Shown in pieces: positions 16,365-26,754 of a stretch of DNA of 64,000 bases. The stretch's first letter is position 1. Every line of letters starts with the position of its first letter. This DNA is from a virus. The notes beneath the pieces are model-generated. The model made no database searches. It saw only the letters and a list, made by a program, of their open reading frames with translations, and was not told the DNA's origin. The position numbers were made by a program, and so were the translations under genes. The stretch covers positions 22,562 through 86,561 of the IMG/VR virus record IMGVR_UViG_3300021963_000080; one strand, written 5' to 3'.

Positions 16365-18743
16365 CTAAGCTGCATAGTATGATTGGGGAGTATTGTTATA
16401 GTGCATCCACAAGAAATCTTTTTCTTTGGATTGCGTCTCAGCAGTTTTCTGTATTGGAGCTGGAGGCGCGCTTGGCTGAGTAGGAGCTCTACTTTGTTGA
16501 GCTTGATTCACCTTACCTATTGCATCAGCAATCATAGCTGATCCTCCACCCATTTCCTTCTGTAATGCGTTGAGCTTTGCAATCTGGTCCCCTGTCATAG
16601 TCTTCGATAGGTCAACGCCCATCCTTGAAGGATCGAATCCAAAAGCAGACGCAAACGTACTTCCTAAATCTCCTGATCCAGGGGCAGCGTTTTGAGTCCC
16701 ACTAACATTGACCGCTCCTTTTCCTGGAATAGTTTTTAAACTACCCTCCGGATTAGCTCCATTGTCGGTACCGCTGTAGGCTGGCAATCCCTGTATATAA
16801 TCTCTTGGATTAACAAAGTCGCCAGCTTGGTTCTTCATTTCTATATGAAGATGGGGGCCTTCAGAAGCTCCTGTACTACCAACTTTTCCAATATTCTGAC
16901 CTTTTTTAAGTTTGTCTCCTTGCTTAACATCAATTGACGACATATGACCATATGTGCTGGTCATTCCGTTGGGATGTCTTATTGTAACAAACTTTCCTAG
17001 GCCACCCTTACCTTGATCTCCTGTAGCAATTACTTCGCCTTCCCCAGCCGTCAATATAGGAGCTCCCAGCTCTGCAGATAAATCAACTCCGCTATGCAAA
17101 TGATCACTACGTTGCTCGCCAAATCTACCTTTCGATCTAGTGGCGCTTGGAAGAGGATTAGTAAAATCACTGCCAGCTGCTTGATTACCATTTGATTGAT
17201 CTGCTGTTGCTCCTCCCTGATTGCCGCGGCCAGCTCCAGCTCCTGTTGCAGGGAGAGATCCGGCTGGCGTTTGAGCTGGTGTGGTTGTTGATGAAGATGG
17301 TGATGCATCGGCGGCTGGATTTTCTTCCAACTCTTTATCGAGATCGCTTAATAAACTATACAATTCGTATATTGTCAACCCGACAGTTAATGCTGTTGTA
17401 ATAAACCCAACTGGTCCTGCAGCAAATCCTGCTGCTCCTATTGCAGCCGCTGCAGCAAACCTTGCAGCAATGTATGCGGCGACGCGTTGCATGCCTATTT
17501 TTGCAACTAGCTTACGGAGTAATTGTAATGTCTTGGAGAAACTAGCCTTGGATTTTTCAAGTAATGTCTTATTCTTAGCCATCTCTCTGTTTTCCCCAAC
17601 AGATCCAAATTGGGTTAGAGGTTTGCCCTCCATTACTTTGGGACTTGGGGGAGCAGAAGAAGGGGTGCCTGTAACCCCAGGAGCAGCTGTGGGAGTTACT
17701 GCAGCTGCCTTAGTATTTTTAATAACTTTAGAGATGCCATATGCTGAAGCAGCTACTCCAGCTCCGACGCCAAGCTTTTGTAGAGTATCAATTGCCTCTT
17801 TATCGCCCGCTGCAGCTTTTCTTTGTAAGTCAGCTAGTTCTTCTCCTCCTAGCTCAACTCCTGTATATCCTGCAATTCCGCCAAGCGTTCCTCCAACTAC
17901 CTTACCAAGAAGACCTCCCGGAGTATATCTAAGACCCGCATACATTCCAGCGAGAGCGCCGACTGGTTTAGCAGCTTTGGTTACATTTGTCGTTACGCCA
18001 GCTGCGTTTCCTGCTTTTAAGTCCTCCCAGGCCATCTGGAGGTCTTTTTTCATGCTGTTGTATAAATTAGGTAACCCAGTAAGGATTGCATTTTTGATCG
18101 TATCACTAATCAACGTCGCTATACCTGATACAGCAGCTTTCGTTCCTTCTTTTAGAGCTTTAGTAAGCCCCGAGTCGTCCATGAAACGTTTTATGTCTTT
18201 TGCATTTGCAAGAGCTAGTAACCCCATCAAGCTACCTGCAATTAACGGATTGTTTCCAAGAAACCCTAACGCGCTACCAATCAATCCTTCTTTTTTATTA
18301 GGATCTTGTGTGCCGGATATGGACGCTCTTGATCCTTTTTGTTCTAAAGCACTTTCCGTACTAAGATAATCGGAACGATCCCCAAACTTCTTATTAAGGG
18401 TTGCGCGCTGCAAGTTTAGTTGAGCTAAAGATATTTTTCTAATATCGCTCATAATGGAAGTCAAAGCACTCAACTGACTAGCCATGTTCTTTTGGTTGAC
18501 TACGTTTTCTTTTGCAAACCCAAGACTGGCTTTAGCACTTTTTGCATCCCCAGTACTGCCACCAGTATCTTGTCCATAAGACTGTACTGTATTACGAATA
18601 AACGGCCCGATACCCATTCCGAGGTTGTAGAATGATTTAGCGGAAGGAACATCACGTGTAGCACGTCGAGCTGTTCCTTTGGCTGCGTCAGCGGTAGTTT
18701 TACCCAGACCCTTGCCGATTGCGTTTATTAGTCGTTTTGCCAT
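16365..18743 (-). CDS. Tape-measure/hub-like protein with M23 peptidase domain
   Basis: Ala/Gly-rich helical body; HSGVD, YGHM, GPHLHIE M23 motifs; follows gp26/gp51. Confidence 0.75.
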   Translation of the reverse strand: MAKRLINAIGKGLGKTTADAAKGTARRATRDVPSAKSFYNLGMGIGPFIRNTVQSYGQDTGGSTGDAKSAKASLGFAKENVVNQKNMASQLSALTSIMSDIRKISLAQLNLQRATLNKKFGDRSDYLSTESALEQKGSRASISGTQDPNKKEGLIGSALGFLGNNPLIAGSLMGLLALANAKDIKRFMDDSGLTKALKEGTKAAVSGIATLISDTIKNAILTGLPNLYNSMKKDLQMAWEDLKAGNAAGVTTNVTKAAKPVGALAGMYAGLRYTPGGLLGKVVGGTLGGIAGYTGVELGGEELADLQRKAAAGDKEAIDTLQKLGVGAGVAASAYGISKVIKNTKAAAVTPTAAPGVTGTPSSAPPSPKVMEGKPLTQFGSVGENREMAKNKTLLEKSKASFSKTLQLLRKLVAKIGMQRVAAYIAARFAAAAAIGAAGFAAGPVGFITTALTVGLTIYELYSLLSDLDKELEENPAADASPSSSTTTPAQTPAGSLPATGAGAGRGNQGGATADQSNGNQAAGSDFTNPLPSATRSKGRFGEQRSDHLHSGVDLSAELGAPILTAGEGEVIATGDQGKGGLGKFVTIRHPNGMTSTYGHMSSIDVKQGDKLKKGQNIGKVGSTGASEGPHLHIEMKNQAGDFVNPRDYIQGLPAYSGTDNGANPEGSLKTIPGKGAVNVSGTQNAAPGSGDLGSTFASAFGFDPSRMGVDLSKTMTGDQIAKLNALQKEMGGGSAMIADAIGKVNQAQQSRAPTQPSAPPAPIQKTAETQSKEKDFLWMHYNNTPQSYYAA

Positions 18744-18878
18744 TTATCGTTGCTGTTGTTTTTCTGATTCTTGTTCTAAGTAATTCTTTAGTAAGTCGAT
18801 ATAGATGTCTCTTTCGAAAGGTAACATATCTTCTATTTCACTTATTGAGTAGTGGTGGTGCTGAGCCATACTGAACAT
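18744..18878 (-). CDS. gp51: Baseplate hub assembly protein (not in ORF track); frame open upstream to the gp26 slippery site
   Basis: (LSHNSISNYYQT)MFSMAQHHHYSISEIEDMLPFERDIYIDLL, typical of T4-like gp51. Confidence 0.85.
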   Translation of the reverse strand: MFSMAQHHHYSISEIEDMLPFERDIYIDLLKNYLEQESEKQQQR

Positions 18879-18910
18879 TGTCTGGTAATAGTTTGATATA
18901 CTATTATGAC

Positions 18911-19618
18911 TCAGCCCAACATAAAAAAATCGTTAAGATTTTGTAACACCACCTTCTTCTCGTTTCCTAAACTGTTTGTATAAGTTGTCTCATACTTTAG
19001 TTTTGGCATAGTTTCTAAAAACTTTTGTACCTCTTTAAACGATGATACGTCTAATGTAGCAAGGAATTCATCCAACTCTTCTTCTGTATAATCCCTTACA
19101 TTGTATATGTTGTCAGCATCATATATTTTTTCAATGGAGTACTTAACAACTTCAAAATACAAATCTACCTCAGACTTAGCTTCGGCCAACTTATTCATCA
19201 TATCCGTTCTTGGATAGCACAGAATCAATCCTAAGTTCTCATTAATCTTGACGTTGTTGTTGTGATCTGGATTTTTAGAGATCTCAATCAAATCTAGATC
19301 TACTTCTAACTTATACTGTTGTCCATCTTCATCATCTTTGTAGAACACATCAATTTTATTATTAACTGATTTTGCTCTTAGTTTAATAAACAAATACTCT
19401 AGATCAAACGTTGTTAATGTATTGACATCAACATTATCAATAATACAATTATTAACCACTTGTGTAATTGATAATACAATATCTTGAGAATTGCCAGTTG
19501 TCTGAGCCATTAGAAGAATCTTTTCTTCTTTGACCAAGAACGGGCGCATCTTAATTTTTTGACCCGTCGATGGGATCACTACATCAAATAGTGGATAATT
19601 AATTTTAGGAAGACTCAT
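18911..19618 (-). CDS. gp26: Baseplate hub subunit/assembly chaperone
   Basis: MSLPKI, RPFLVKEEKILLMA, FDLEYLFIKLRAKSV, L.DFF end. Confidence 0.9.
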   Translation of the reverse strand: MSLPKINYPLFDVVIPSTGQKIKMRPFLVKEEKILLMAQTTGNSQDIVLSITQVVNNCIIDNVDVNTLTTFDLEYLFIKLRAKSVNNKIDVFYKDDEDGQQYKLEVDLDLIEISKNPDHNNNVKINENLGLILCYPRTDMMNKLAEAKSEVDLYFEVVKYSIEKIYDADNIYNVRDYTEEELDEFLATLDVSSFKEVQKFLETMPKLKYETTYTNSLGNEKKVVLQNLNDFFMLG

Positions 19619-19654
19619 TTCATTTCACCTTTCAGGATATAAATTCAAATATAA

Positions 19655-20605
19655 TTATTCGCCGCTACCATAATACCAATTATTATAGTAATCGCTGTAA
19701 CTATCCTCCACTTTCGGAGGAAATAATGTTTTCAACAATGTTGTACCGCTATTGACAACGTTTAGAATATCATTGACATTTTGTGGTCTCTTTGTTGAAG
19801 AGATTGTTTGCAATACAGATGCATACTTCAATATAGATTGTCCTAATTGTAAGTTTTTGCTTGCTGTATTGTTGTTGTATGCTTTAGGATCTAGTGTACT
19901 TGGTATATCTTCATATTGCCAATTGCTGTAAGTAAATGTTACTGGAAATCTTACTAACTGGTTTGTATCATTCCAACCACGCTGCACGTCCCCTAGAAAA
20001 ATTGGATAAGCATTGTGCAACTTTAATACGCCGACTTTACTTTGCGCTTCATTGTACACGTATATGTCAATTGTTGTTTTGTACTGATCTTTATACTCAA
20101 CCTCGAAAGGGAGCTTACCAAAAAGATCGTTAGAAGAGTTACCACGCGGCAACTCATCAAATCCAACAATGCCATTCATCCACAGATAAAAAAACTTATG
20201 GATCAAACCATCGCTATCATTAATGAAGGAAAATTGTTGATCGGTGAATATAGGGAGATATGGCTTGCGCTCAATGGGCCCGATGCCGTATCTTTTTATT
20301 TCCGTTGTAGCCATACTCACGCCAGGCTGGGTAAATGTGTCAGCTCTATATGTTGCAAGAGATGCTATTTTTGCAGCTCCCGCCACCTTAAAAGAAGTAC
20401 CAAAGATCTTTGGGGGCGTGAATACGATATGAGCCATCGAGGTTTTTTGTATTCCGTGCTTACGAATGTTTGCTCGAACGGAATCGGAAAAACTCTTATA
20501 TTCTTGCTGACTGTAATTTAGTTCCTTCGGAGTACTTCTATTAAGCACGCCAAGAAGGCTGGTGTATCCAATTACTTGTTGTAGGGTTTTATTGAAATCT
20601 GCCAT
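19655..20605 (-). CDS. Tail-tube-like baseplate subunit (gp54-like)
   Basis: FFYLWMN, EYKDQY.TTI.I, AYPI, VTFTY tube-fold motifs; synteny. Confidence 0.7.
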   Translation of the reverse strand: MADFNKTLQQVIGYTSLLGVLNRSTPKELNYSQQEYKSFSDSVRANIRKHGIQKTSMAHIVFTPPKIFGTSFKVAGAAKIASLATYRADTFTQPGVSMATTEIKRYGIGPIERKPYLPIFTDQQFSFINDSDGLIHKFFYLWMNGIVGFDELPRGNSSNDLFGKLPFEVEYKDQYKTTIDIYVYNEAQSKVGVLKLHNAYPIFLGDVQRGWNDTNQLVRFPVTFTYSNWQYEDIPSTLDPKAYNNNTASKNLQLGQSILKYASVLQTISSTKRPQNVNDILNVVNSGTTLLKTLFPPKVEDSYSDYYNNWYYGSGE

Positions 20606-20607
20606 TT

Positions 20608-21201
20608 TTATCTTTGAATAATCGCCATTCGACTATCAGCATGAACTCGAGTTTTCGAGGCTTTAGTAAAACGCTCAAGCGGTAGGAATAATGCTATATC
20701 CCATAAACTCGCTGGCACCTGTGCCATATCTGTCTGTACTTGACTATTTAGGTAGTGTTTAACGCATGGCTTGAAGAATCTTAGTTTCGATGCACTACTA
20801 AGCGTTTGATATGTCATTTTCAATCTAACGTTTTTGTCGTATTTGTTTTCTATCACATAATCATACAACCCGTCCATCAAAGCCGCTCTCATAGGCAAAG
20901 GCAAGTAATGCATGTTGATTCCATAAAAACCATCTGGGGTTTTGGCAAACGGAAATACTAAAGGGAATCTATCGTAGTATGGCAGTTTGTTGGCGTGCTT
21001 TGGTAAATAACCAAACAAAAACATTTTACCAATAGCAGAGTTGGAAGATGTAGATGGAGAATCTTGGATAATCGTTGCGGGATTGGCTCGTTTGACTGAA
21101 GAGGCTTCATTCCGAAACCATTGTTTCGCTTCTTCTGTCTTTGTGGATGTAATCCCTTGTTTAGCTGCTTTGTCTAACAAAGTAGCAAATATATTAGCCA
21201 T
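20608..21201 (-). CDS. gp2: DNA end protector protein
   Basis: LPYYDRFPLV, G.N.HYLP, PCVKHYL, LP.ERF. Confidence 0.9.
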   Translation of the reverse strand: MANIFATLLDKAAKQGITSTKTEEAKQWFRNEASSVKRANPATIIQDSPSTSSNSAIGKMFLFGYLPKHANKLPYYDRFPLVFPFAKTPDGFYGINMHYLPLPMRAALMDGLYDYVIENKYDKNVRLKMTYQTLSSASKLRFFKPCVKHYLNSQVQTDMAQVPASLWDIALFLPLERFTKASKTRVHADSRMAIIQR

Positions 21202-21640
21202 TGAGTGATATTCCTAAATGATTTTCGGTAAATATGGCAAATTTCCAGTTCTTGCTTTCGCAGAACTTTTTAGCTGCTTGCCACTTAGCATTATTTACAC
21301 CCCAAGTCATAACCTCATTGATATATTTTTTGGTTTTTCTTTTCTGAGGTTCTGGTGGCATTGTTTGCTTTTTGGGCTTTATTTCAACGACTACTGTTTC
21401 AATGGTACCGTCAGGTTTACGTTGTTTTAACCAAAAATCCGGAAAATAGCGATGCACCGCTCCGTCAACGGGAGAGCGGTATGGAATACAAAATTCCTCG
21501 CTGGACCAAGTAATGACGTCTTGGTGGGCGTCTAAATAGTTCATAAACTTCAATTCCCATGAAGACCTGAACACAATGTTTGACGCGTCACCTTTATACT
21601 TGTTCGGATGCTTGGGCTTAAAAAAACCTTTATAACTCAT
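21194..21640 (-). CDS. gp4: Head completion nuclease
   Basis: YKG.FKPK.P.KYKGD, RSSWE, WSSEE, HRYFPDF, EIKP, N.AKW.AA. Confidence 0.92.
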   Translation of the reverse strand: MSYKGFFKPKHPNKYKGDASNIVFRSSWELKFMNYLDAHQDVITWSSEEFCIPYRSPVDGAVHRYFPDFWLKQRKPDGTIETVVVEIKPKKQTMPPEPQKRKTKKYINEVMTWGVNNAKWQAAKKFCESKNWKFAIFTENHLGISLNG

Positions 21641-21652
21641 ATCAATATTTAG

Positions 21653-22963
21653 ATGGCAAACAAATACGTTCAATATGGAGCAGTCGTTGCAACCGGTGTC
21701 GGTGTAGCTGCTGTGACAAAAGGCATTTCTACGGCTCTCTCAACGGGAGGAACGGTAGCTGGCGGTATTGATGCAGCTACATCTACAGCAACCGGAGCTG
21801 TCTCCAATCCAGCTTTCTTAACCGGAGTTGGCTTGGGATTGGCTGCTGTGGCATTAGGTTCTGGATCCAAGCGACCATCGCTAAGTTTTCCTAACTTAGC
21901 AGCAACAGCGGCCGTAGCGTTAAATGTTTCCAATCTTATCCAACAAGGTAAGGCTGCTGCTGCATCTCTTGCGCAAGGTAAGGCAGGTCAAGATATATCA
22001 AGTAAAATTGGACCTCCTGTAGCACTACGTTCTCCGTATGTTGAAGATCCTAGTGTTATGACGTCTACTAAACGACAAGCAAGGCAAACGCATAGGCTTG
22101 TATATCCAGACGACCTTACTACAAATTATTATATTAGGTTTGGTCTCTATCGCTACGAGCGTCTGGATAAAGCTAACAAAACTCTTAGCCAATCATCTCC
22201 TCATACAACGATTCGGCTACCGCTCCCTGCAAATTTAATTGATGCTATTAGTCTAGCATATCAAGATGTTGGGTTAGGCATGTTCGGGGGAGCAGCGTTT
22301 GAAAATTTGATGACTAGAATGGGTCCAGGGGGACAGCAAGCTTCTGGAAATGGCCAAGGAGAGATTATGAGACACGCAACTGCTGCGGTCGGAAGTCTCA
22401 TTGACTTGACAAACGATCCTAATTTTATGACTGCTGTAGCAAGGCGTCTTGCAGCAAACGTAGATCCGGGTTTGGGAGCTGCTTTTGATTTAGCGACTGG
22501 TACTGCTCCTAATCCTCATATGACGGTATCTTTCCAAGGTGTGGCGTTGAAAAAATACCAATTCAATTGGAGACTATCGCCAAACAACGAAAAAGAAAGT
22601 AAAATCCTTGAACAAGTTGTCCGTAATTTACAAGCAAGCGCTTTACCAGAAAAAAATGGTAAGTTTTTGCTAACGTTCCCTGATGTTGTAAAAATTGAAA
22701 TGATGCCTAGCAACTTGTTTATATTTAAACCAATGATGATAGATAACGTATCTGTTAATTATGCTCCGTCCGGTTCTCCTTCTTTCTTTAGAGGAGGAGA
22801 TGATTCATTTGATAGGTATCCAACTGAAATTGAGTTGAGCATATCATTACGAGAAATTGATATCCACACAGCATCAGATTCTGACTATCAGACTATTCGT
22901 AATCTTCAAAACTTTTCTGATCCTGCTAATCTACCTTCAACTCAAGGCACAACAAACCGCTAA
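21653..22963 (+). CDS. gp48: Baseplate tail-tube cap
   Basis: LPLPANL.D, NP....FQGV..K.YQF.W.L.P, VNYAP, L.LREI. Confidence 0.8.
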   Translation: MANKYVQYGAVVATGVGVAAVTKGISTALSTGGTVAGGIDAATSTATGAVSNPAFLTGVGLGLAAVALGSGSKRPSLSFPNLAATAAVALNVSNLIQQGKAAAASLAQGKAGQDISSKIGPPVALRSPYVEDPSVMTSTKRQARQTHRLVYPDDLTTNYYIRFGLYRYERLDKANKTLSQSSPHTTIRLPLPANLIDAISLAYQDVGLGMFGGAAFENLMTRMGPGGQQASGNGQGEIMRHATAAVGSLIDLTNDPNFMTAVARRLAANVDPGLGAAFDLATGTAPNPHMTVSFQGVALKKYQFNWRLSPNNEKESKILEQVVRNLQASALPEKNGKFLLTFPDVVKIEMMPSNLFIFKPMMIDNVSVNYAPSGSPSFFRGGDDSFDRYPTEIELSISLREIDIHTASDSDYQTIRNLQNFSDPANLPSTQGTTNR

Positions 22964-22966
22964 TAT

Positions 22967-23842
22967 ATGGCAAACTATTTTGAAACCTTTGCTCTTCAAC
23001 AATATGGAGAGAATAAAGAAGTCAGTCGTACGTTGACTACTCGCGCAAATATTGCGCAAAGTGTTTTAAAGCAATCAACTGCTTTCTATCCCTACACTCT
23101 GAAAGAAGGGGAAAGACCTGATACGCTATCGTTCTTGTATTATTCGAAGCCGGAATTGGAGTGGCTTGTATTTTTTGCTAACGATATTATTGATCCTTAT
23201 TATGATTGGTATCTGAGTAGCGAACAATTTAATAACTACATTACCAGCAAGTATGGTTCAATTGCTATAGCTCAAACTCGCACTCACCATTACGAAACCC
23301 TTTGGCTTGGAGACGATACACGAATCAGTCCTGATACGTATAGTTTACTAACTGCTAATACTACTGTGAATTTAAAGAAGTATTGGGAGCCAATTGTTGA
23401 TGAGTATGATAGAGCTATTTCGTATGGTCGTAAAAATTTATCCTTAACCACAACAACAAACCAAGTAATTAGTTTAAAGATAAACAATACTAATGGTACG
23501 TTTACTGAAGGAGAAGACATATATCAACAAGACAATGGTATTATAACATCTTCTGCTTCTTTGATAACGGCTAACTCTACTTACATGACGGCACAGCACG
23601 TTAGTGGCTCGTTTGTTACTACACGAAGCATTCTAGGCGCTGATTCAATTGCTAATACAACTCTTACTGATACCCCAATTGTATTAAAACAGAACATTCC
23701 AACAGAAGAGTTAATATACTGGCAGGCTGTGTCTTATTATGATTATGAAAATCAAATAAACGAGAGCAAGAAACACGTTAAGTTGGTTGGGGCTGAGTAT
23801 GCGCCGCTAGCAGAAAATAACCTAGCTGAGTTAATGGGATAA
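22967..23842 (+). CDS. gp53: Baseplate wedge subunit
   Basis: GERPD.L...YY...WLV...N.I.DPYYDW, YE...NE.K. Confidence 0.88.
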   Translation: MANYFETFALQQYGENKEVSRTLTTRANIAQSVLKQSTAFYPYTLKEGERPDTLSFLYYSKPELEWLVFFANDIIDPYYDWYLSSEQFNNYITSKYGSIAIAQTRTHHYETLWLGDDTRISPDTYSLLTANTTVNLKKYWEPIVDEYDRAISYGRKNLSLTTTTNQVISLKINNTNGTFTEGEDIYQQDNGIITSSASLITANSTYMTAQHVSGSFVTTRSILGADSIANTTLTDTPIVLKQNIPTEELIYWQAVSYYDYENQINESKKHVKLVGAEYAPLAENNLAELMG

Positions 23843-23843
23843 T

Positions 23844-25145
23844 ATGGCGCTTAATGATTTTCCAGGCAAGGTTGTAATACAGCGCGCTGAAGTATACAAC
23901 AGTCTTGGTACGAATTCAATTGTTAACAATCTATTATCAATTGATATATTTGAAGACATATACACACCTTATGTGTACTGTGAGTTGTTAATTATCGATT
24001 ACAATAAACTGGCCTCTTCTTTGCCACTTGTAGGAGAAGAGTTTTTGTTAATAGATTTTAAAACTGAAGACGGTCAGATTATTAGTTATCAGTTTTATTT
24101 GTACCAGCAAGATAATGGCGCAATTATAACTAATAATAAGTCGCAAGGATACTCGTTGCACGGAGTAACGCTCGAGCGAGCTTTTGATACAGCTAAAACT
24201 GTTTCGAGGTCCTACAAAGGAACATATGCTAGCATTGCTGGCCAAATTTACGACGACTTTATTAAAAAAGATACAGGAAAAGAATTCAACTACGAAGGGT
24301 CAAAGAGTGTAGCTCGATATATTGTACCTCAGATATCTCCTTTAAAAGCTATAGAGTATTGCAAGAAAAGAGCTGTGCCAGCCGGTAACGTTTTTAGCCC
24401 GTATACGTTCTTTAGAAATTCTCGTGGATATAATTTTATATCATTTAACAGTTTATTTCAGCTAGCAGGCAACTCAAGCGAAAATGTTATCCACACGTTT
24501 GGTTCTCCTTCACCCAATCCCACTGCTGATGATAATGATACTGTTGGGGGTAGAAATATTCGCAATGATATAATATCATTCGAGCCTCAAAATAAGTACA
24601 ACTCTGTTAATAAAATTGATAGAGGAACGTACAGCACAACGAGTTATAGTTTTGATTTGACTACAAAACAATTCACATTAAGAAAACAATTCAACCTGAG
24701 TGAAAATAAATCAAAATTTCAATTAGGAAGTGTTGGGGAGTTTAACACAGATGGGTTTTTGCAAGACTTCAATAATAGTCGTTGTTATGTAGAATACAGG
24801 CCAACTGATTTCAGTGTAGAATTAGAAGGTACTCAAACAGATTTCTTACCGGATGCTGTTGGAGAGATGAATGCTTACTTGGGATTATTTGGACAACAAG
24901 AAGTGCGGATGTTGTTGTATGGGGATTCTAATTTAACGTCCGGTCAAACATTAACCGTGACAATATATAAGCCTACGGATGAGATGAAGATACCTGAGGT
25001 AGACAATACACTTTCAGGAACATATTTAATATCGCGTATAAGACATAATATTATATTCGGAACGCAGAATACGTACCAATGCCATATTACAGGCATTAAA
25101 GGTGCTATGAATGATACATTGAGAGGGTTGCAAAAAAATGGCTGA
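23844..25145 (+). CDS. Baseplate hub protein (gp27-like)
   Basis: I.IFEDI, LP.VGEE, G.YLI..IRH; located before gp5. Confidence 0.75.
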   Translation: MALNDFPGKVVIQRAEVYNSLGTNSIVNNLLSIDIFEDIYTPYVYCELLIIDYNKLASSLPLVGEEFLLIDFKTEDGQIISYQFYLYQQDNGAIITNNKSQGYSLHGVTLERAFDTAKTVSRSYKGTYASIAGQIYDDFIKKDTGKEFNYEGSKSVARYIVPQISPLKAIEYCKKRAVPAGNVFSPYTFFRNSRGYNFISFNSLFQLAGNSSENVIHTFGSPSPNPTADDNDTVGGRNIRNDIISFEPQNKYNSVNKIDRGTYSTTSYSFDLTTKQFTLRKQFNLSENKSKFQLGSVGEFNTDGFLQDFNNSRCYVEYRPTDFSVELEGTQTDFLPDAVGEMNAYLGLFGQQEVRMLLYGDSNLTSGQTLTVTIYKPTDEMKIPEVDNTLSGTYLISRIRHNIIFGTQNTYQCHITGIKGAMNDTLRGLQKNG

Positions 25146-26049
25146 AATGGGTAAACAAGGTTTTGTTTGGTTTTTTGGTATTGTAGAGGATGTTATGGAC
25201 CCCCTACAAGTAGGACGTGTCCGAGTTAGATGTCATAACTTTCACAATATAAGCGATACGGTTTTGCCTACAAATGAACTGCCGTGGGCCCATGTTGTTC
25301 TTCCTACAACATCTGCTAGTTATCAGGGAAAAGGAATATCTCCTACATTCATGCGAGAAGGAACGACTGTTGTGGGTTTCTTTGCTGATGGGGAAAGTGC
25401 TCAAATGCCAGTTGTGTTTGGTACGCTGCCAGGAATTCCACAACCTAGTCCTGATTTTGTGGATTCGGAAAATATATCTCTTGAAAGTCACGATGTTAAT
25501 AAATTGGCTCGAGGAATAAACAAGCTATCCCAAGCTAAATTAGAAGTAGGGATTGACGAGAACGTAGAGGCTCCTCCAGGGGCTTTCTTTGGAGCTCAAT
25601 ATCCATTCAATAAAGTATTTGAGTCGGAGCGCGGCCATGTAATTGAAGTTGATGATACGCCAGGAGCGGAGAGAATACACATTTACCATAATGCTGGTCA
25701 TTATACGGAAATGGTTCCAGGATTAAGAACAGATAAAGTTAATGGAGATCATATTGAGATTTCTATGCAAGCTCGATACATTAAGGTTCGAGGAGATATG
25801 GCAATTATCGTTGACGGCACCACTAGTATTTTATCCGATGGGGCTATTACGATGGAGTCTAAAAAGCAAATAACAATGTCTGCCCCCTTGATAAATATAT
25901 CAGGAACATTGGGAACAACAATAAACGGGGGATTGGTTACTATTTCTGGAACTACTACCACCACAATCTCTGGTTTGTTGGGATTATATCTCAATCCTGG
26001 ATCTTCGAGTAGTTCTGTTGACGTGGCCACAGCTGGTGGTAATCTCTAA
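25138..26049 (+). CDS. gp5: Baseplate central spike without lysozyme domain
   Basis: DPLQVGRVRVR, LPWA, VVGFF.DG, YP.NKV.ESE.GHVIE.DDTPG.ERI. Confidence 0.9.
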   Translation: MAEMGKQGFVWFFGIVEDVMDPLQVGRVRVRCHNFHNISDTVLPTNELPWAHVVLPTTSASYQGKGISPTFMREGTTVVGFFADGESAQMPVVFGTLPGIPQPSPDFVDSENISLESHDVNKLARGINKLSQAKLEVGIDENVEAPPGAFFGAQYPFNKVFESERGHVIEVDDTPGAERIHIYHNAGHYTEMVPGLRTDKVNGDHIEISMQARYIKVRGDMAIIVDGTTSILSDGAITMESKKQITMSAPLINISGTLGTTINGGLVTISGTTTTTISGLLGLYLNPGSSSSSVDVATAGGNL

Positions 26050-26058
26050 GGACAATAT

Positions 26059-26325
26059 ATGCCAAAAAGTGTAGGCCGTGTAGGATTAGATACAGCAGGG
26101 GGGTTATTGAATACTCCTTTAGTTCCTAATGTATTTGTGAATGGATTACCCATTGCTGTGGTTGGAACAATTGTAGCTTATCATGGCAAAACTCCTCACG
26201 ATGCTGTCAAGATGGCTATAGGTAGTGGTAATGTATTTGCAGGAGGATTGCCTGTATGTGGAGCTGGAGATGCTGCTACGTGCGGCCACCTACTTGTTTC
26301 AACTTCTAACGTATTTGTAAATTAA
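26059..26325 (+). CDS. PAAR spike-tip protein (gp5.4-like)
   Basis: VFVNG.P, GS..VF..G.P...GD...CGH. Confidence 0.85.
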   Translation: MPKSVGRVGLDTAGGLLNTPLVPNVFVNGLPIAVVGTIVAYHGKTPHDAVKMAIGSGNVFAGGLPVCGAGDAATCGHLLVSTSNVFVN

Positions 26326-26754
26326 ATGACCACAATAACCACAGCTGAAAAATACACTACTACCTCTTTAAAAGCAGAGCTGTATAGTGACTTTTTTGTT
26401 GGATTGGATATCCATCCTGGTAAGAAAGATTTGGCGCGGGCCACAAACGAAGTTGCTATTAAAAGAGCTATAACTAACTTACTTCTCACTGATTTTGACG
26501 AGCGCTTATATCAACCAAACTTAGGGGCTAATTTAAAATACTTGCTGTTTGAACCAGCTGACGGGGAAACGTTGTCTATCATGCGTGAGCATATAGAGAA
26601 TTGTCTTACAAAGTTCGAACCAAGGATCAGAATATTATCTTTGAATATAGGAGCCTCAGCTGATGAGCAGCGTATTAATGTTACGTTGATTTTCTCAACT
26701 GTTAACATACCCAAACCAATAACAATTAACCTAATTCTTAATAGAGTTCGATAA
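26326..26754 (+). CDS. gp25: Baseplate wedge subunit
   Basis: YSD, AIK....NLLLT...ER...P..G, FEPR. Confidence 0.9.
   Translation: MTTITTAEKYTTTSLKAELYSDFFVGLDIHPGKKDLARATNEVAIKRAITNLLLTDFDERLYQPNLGANLKYLLFEPADGETLSIMREHIENCLTKFEPRIRILSLNIGASADEQRINVTLIFSTVNIPKPITINLILNRVR

Noticed and set aside
17281-18369. 362-aa plus-strand ORF, and similar long antisense ORFs (1669-2427, 15718-16260, 40136-40633, 52535-53614)
   Set aside because: Shadows of Ala/Gly/Thr-rich sense genes with biased codons; no RBS or recognisable motifs
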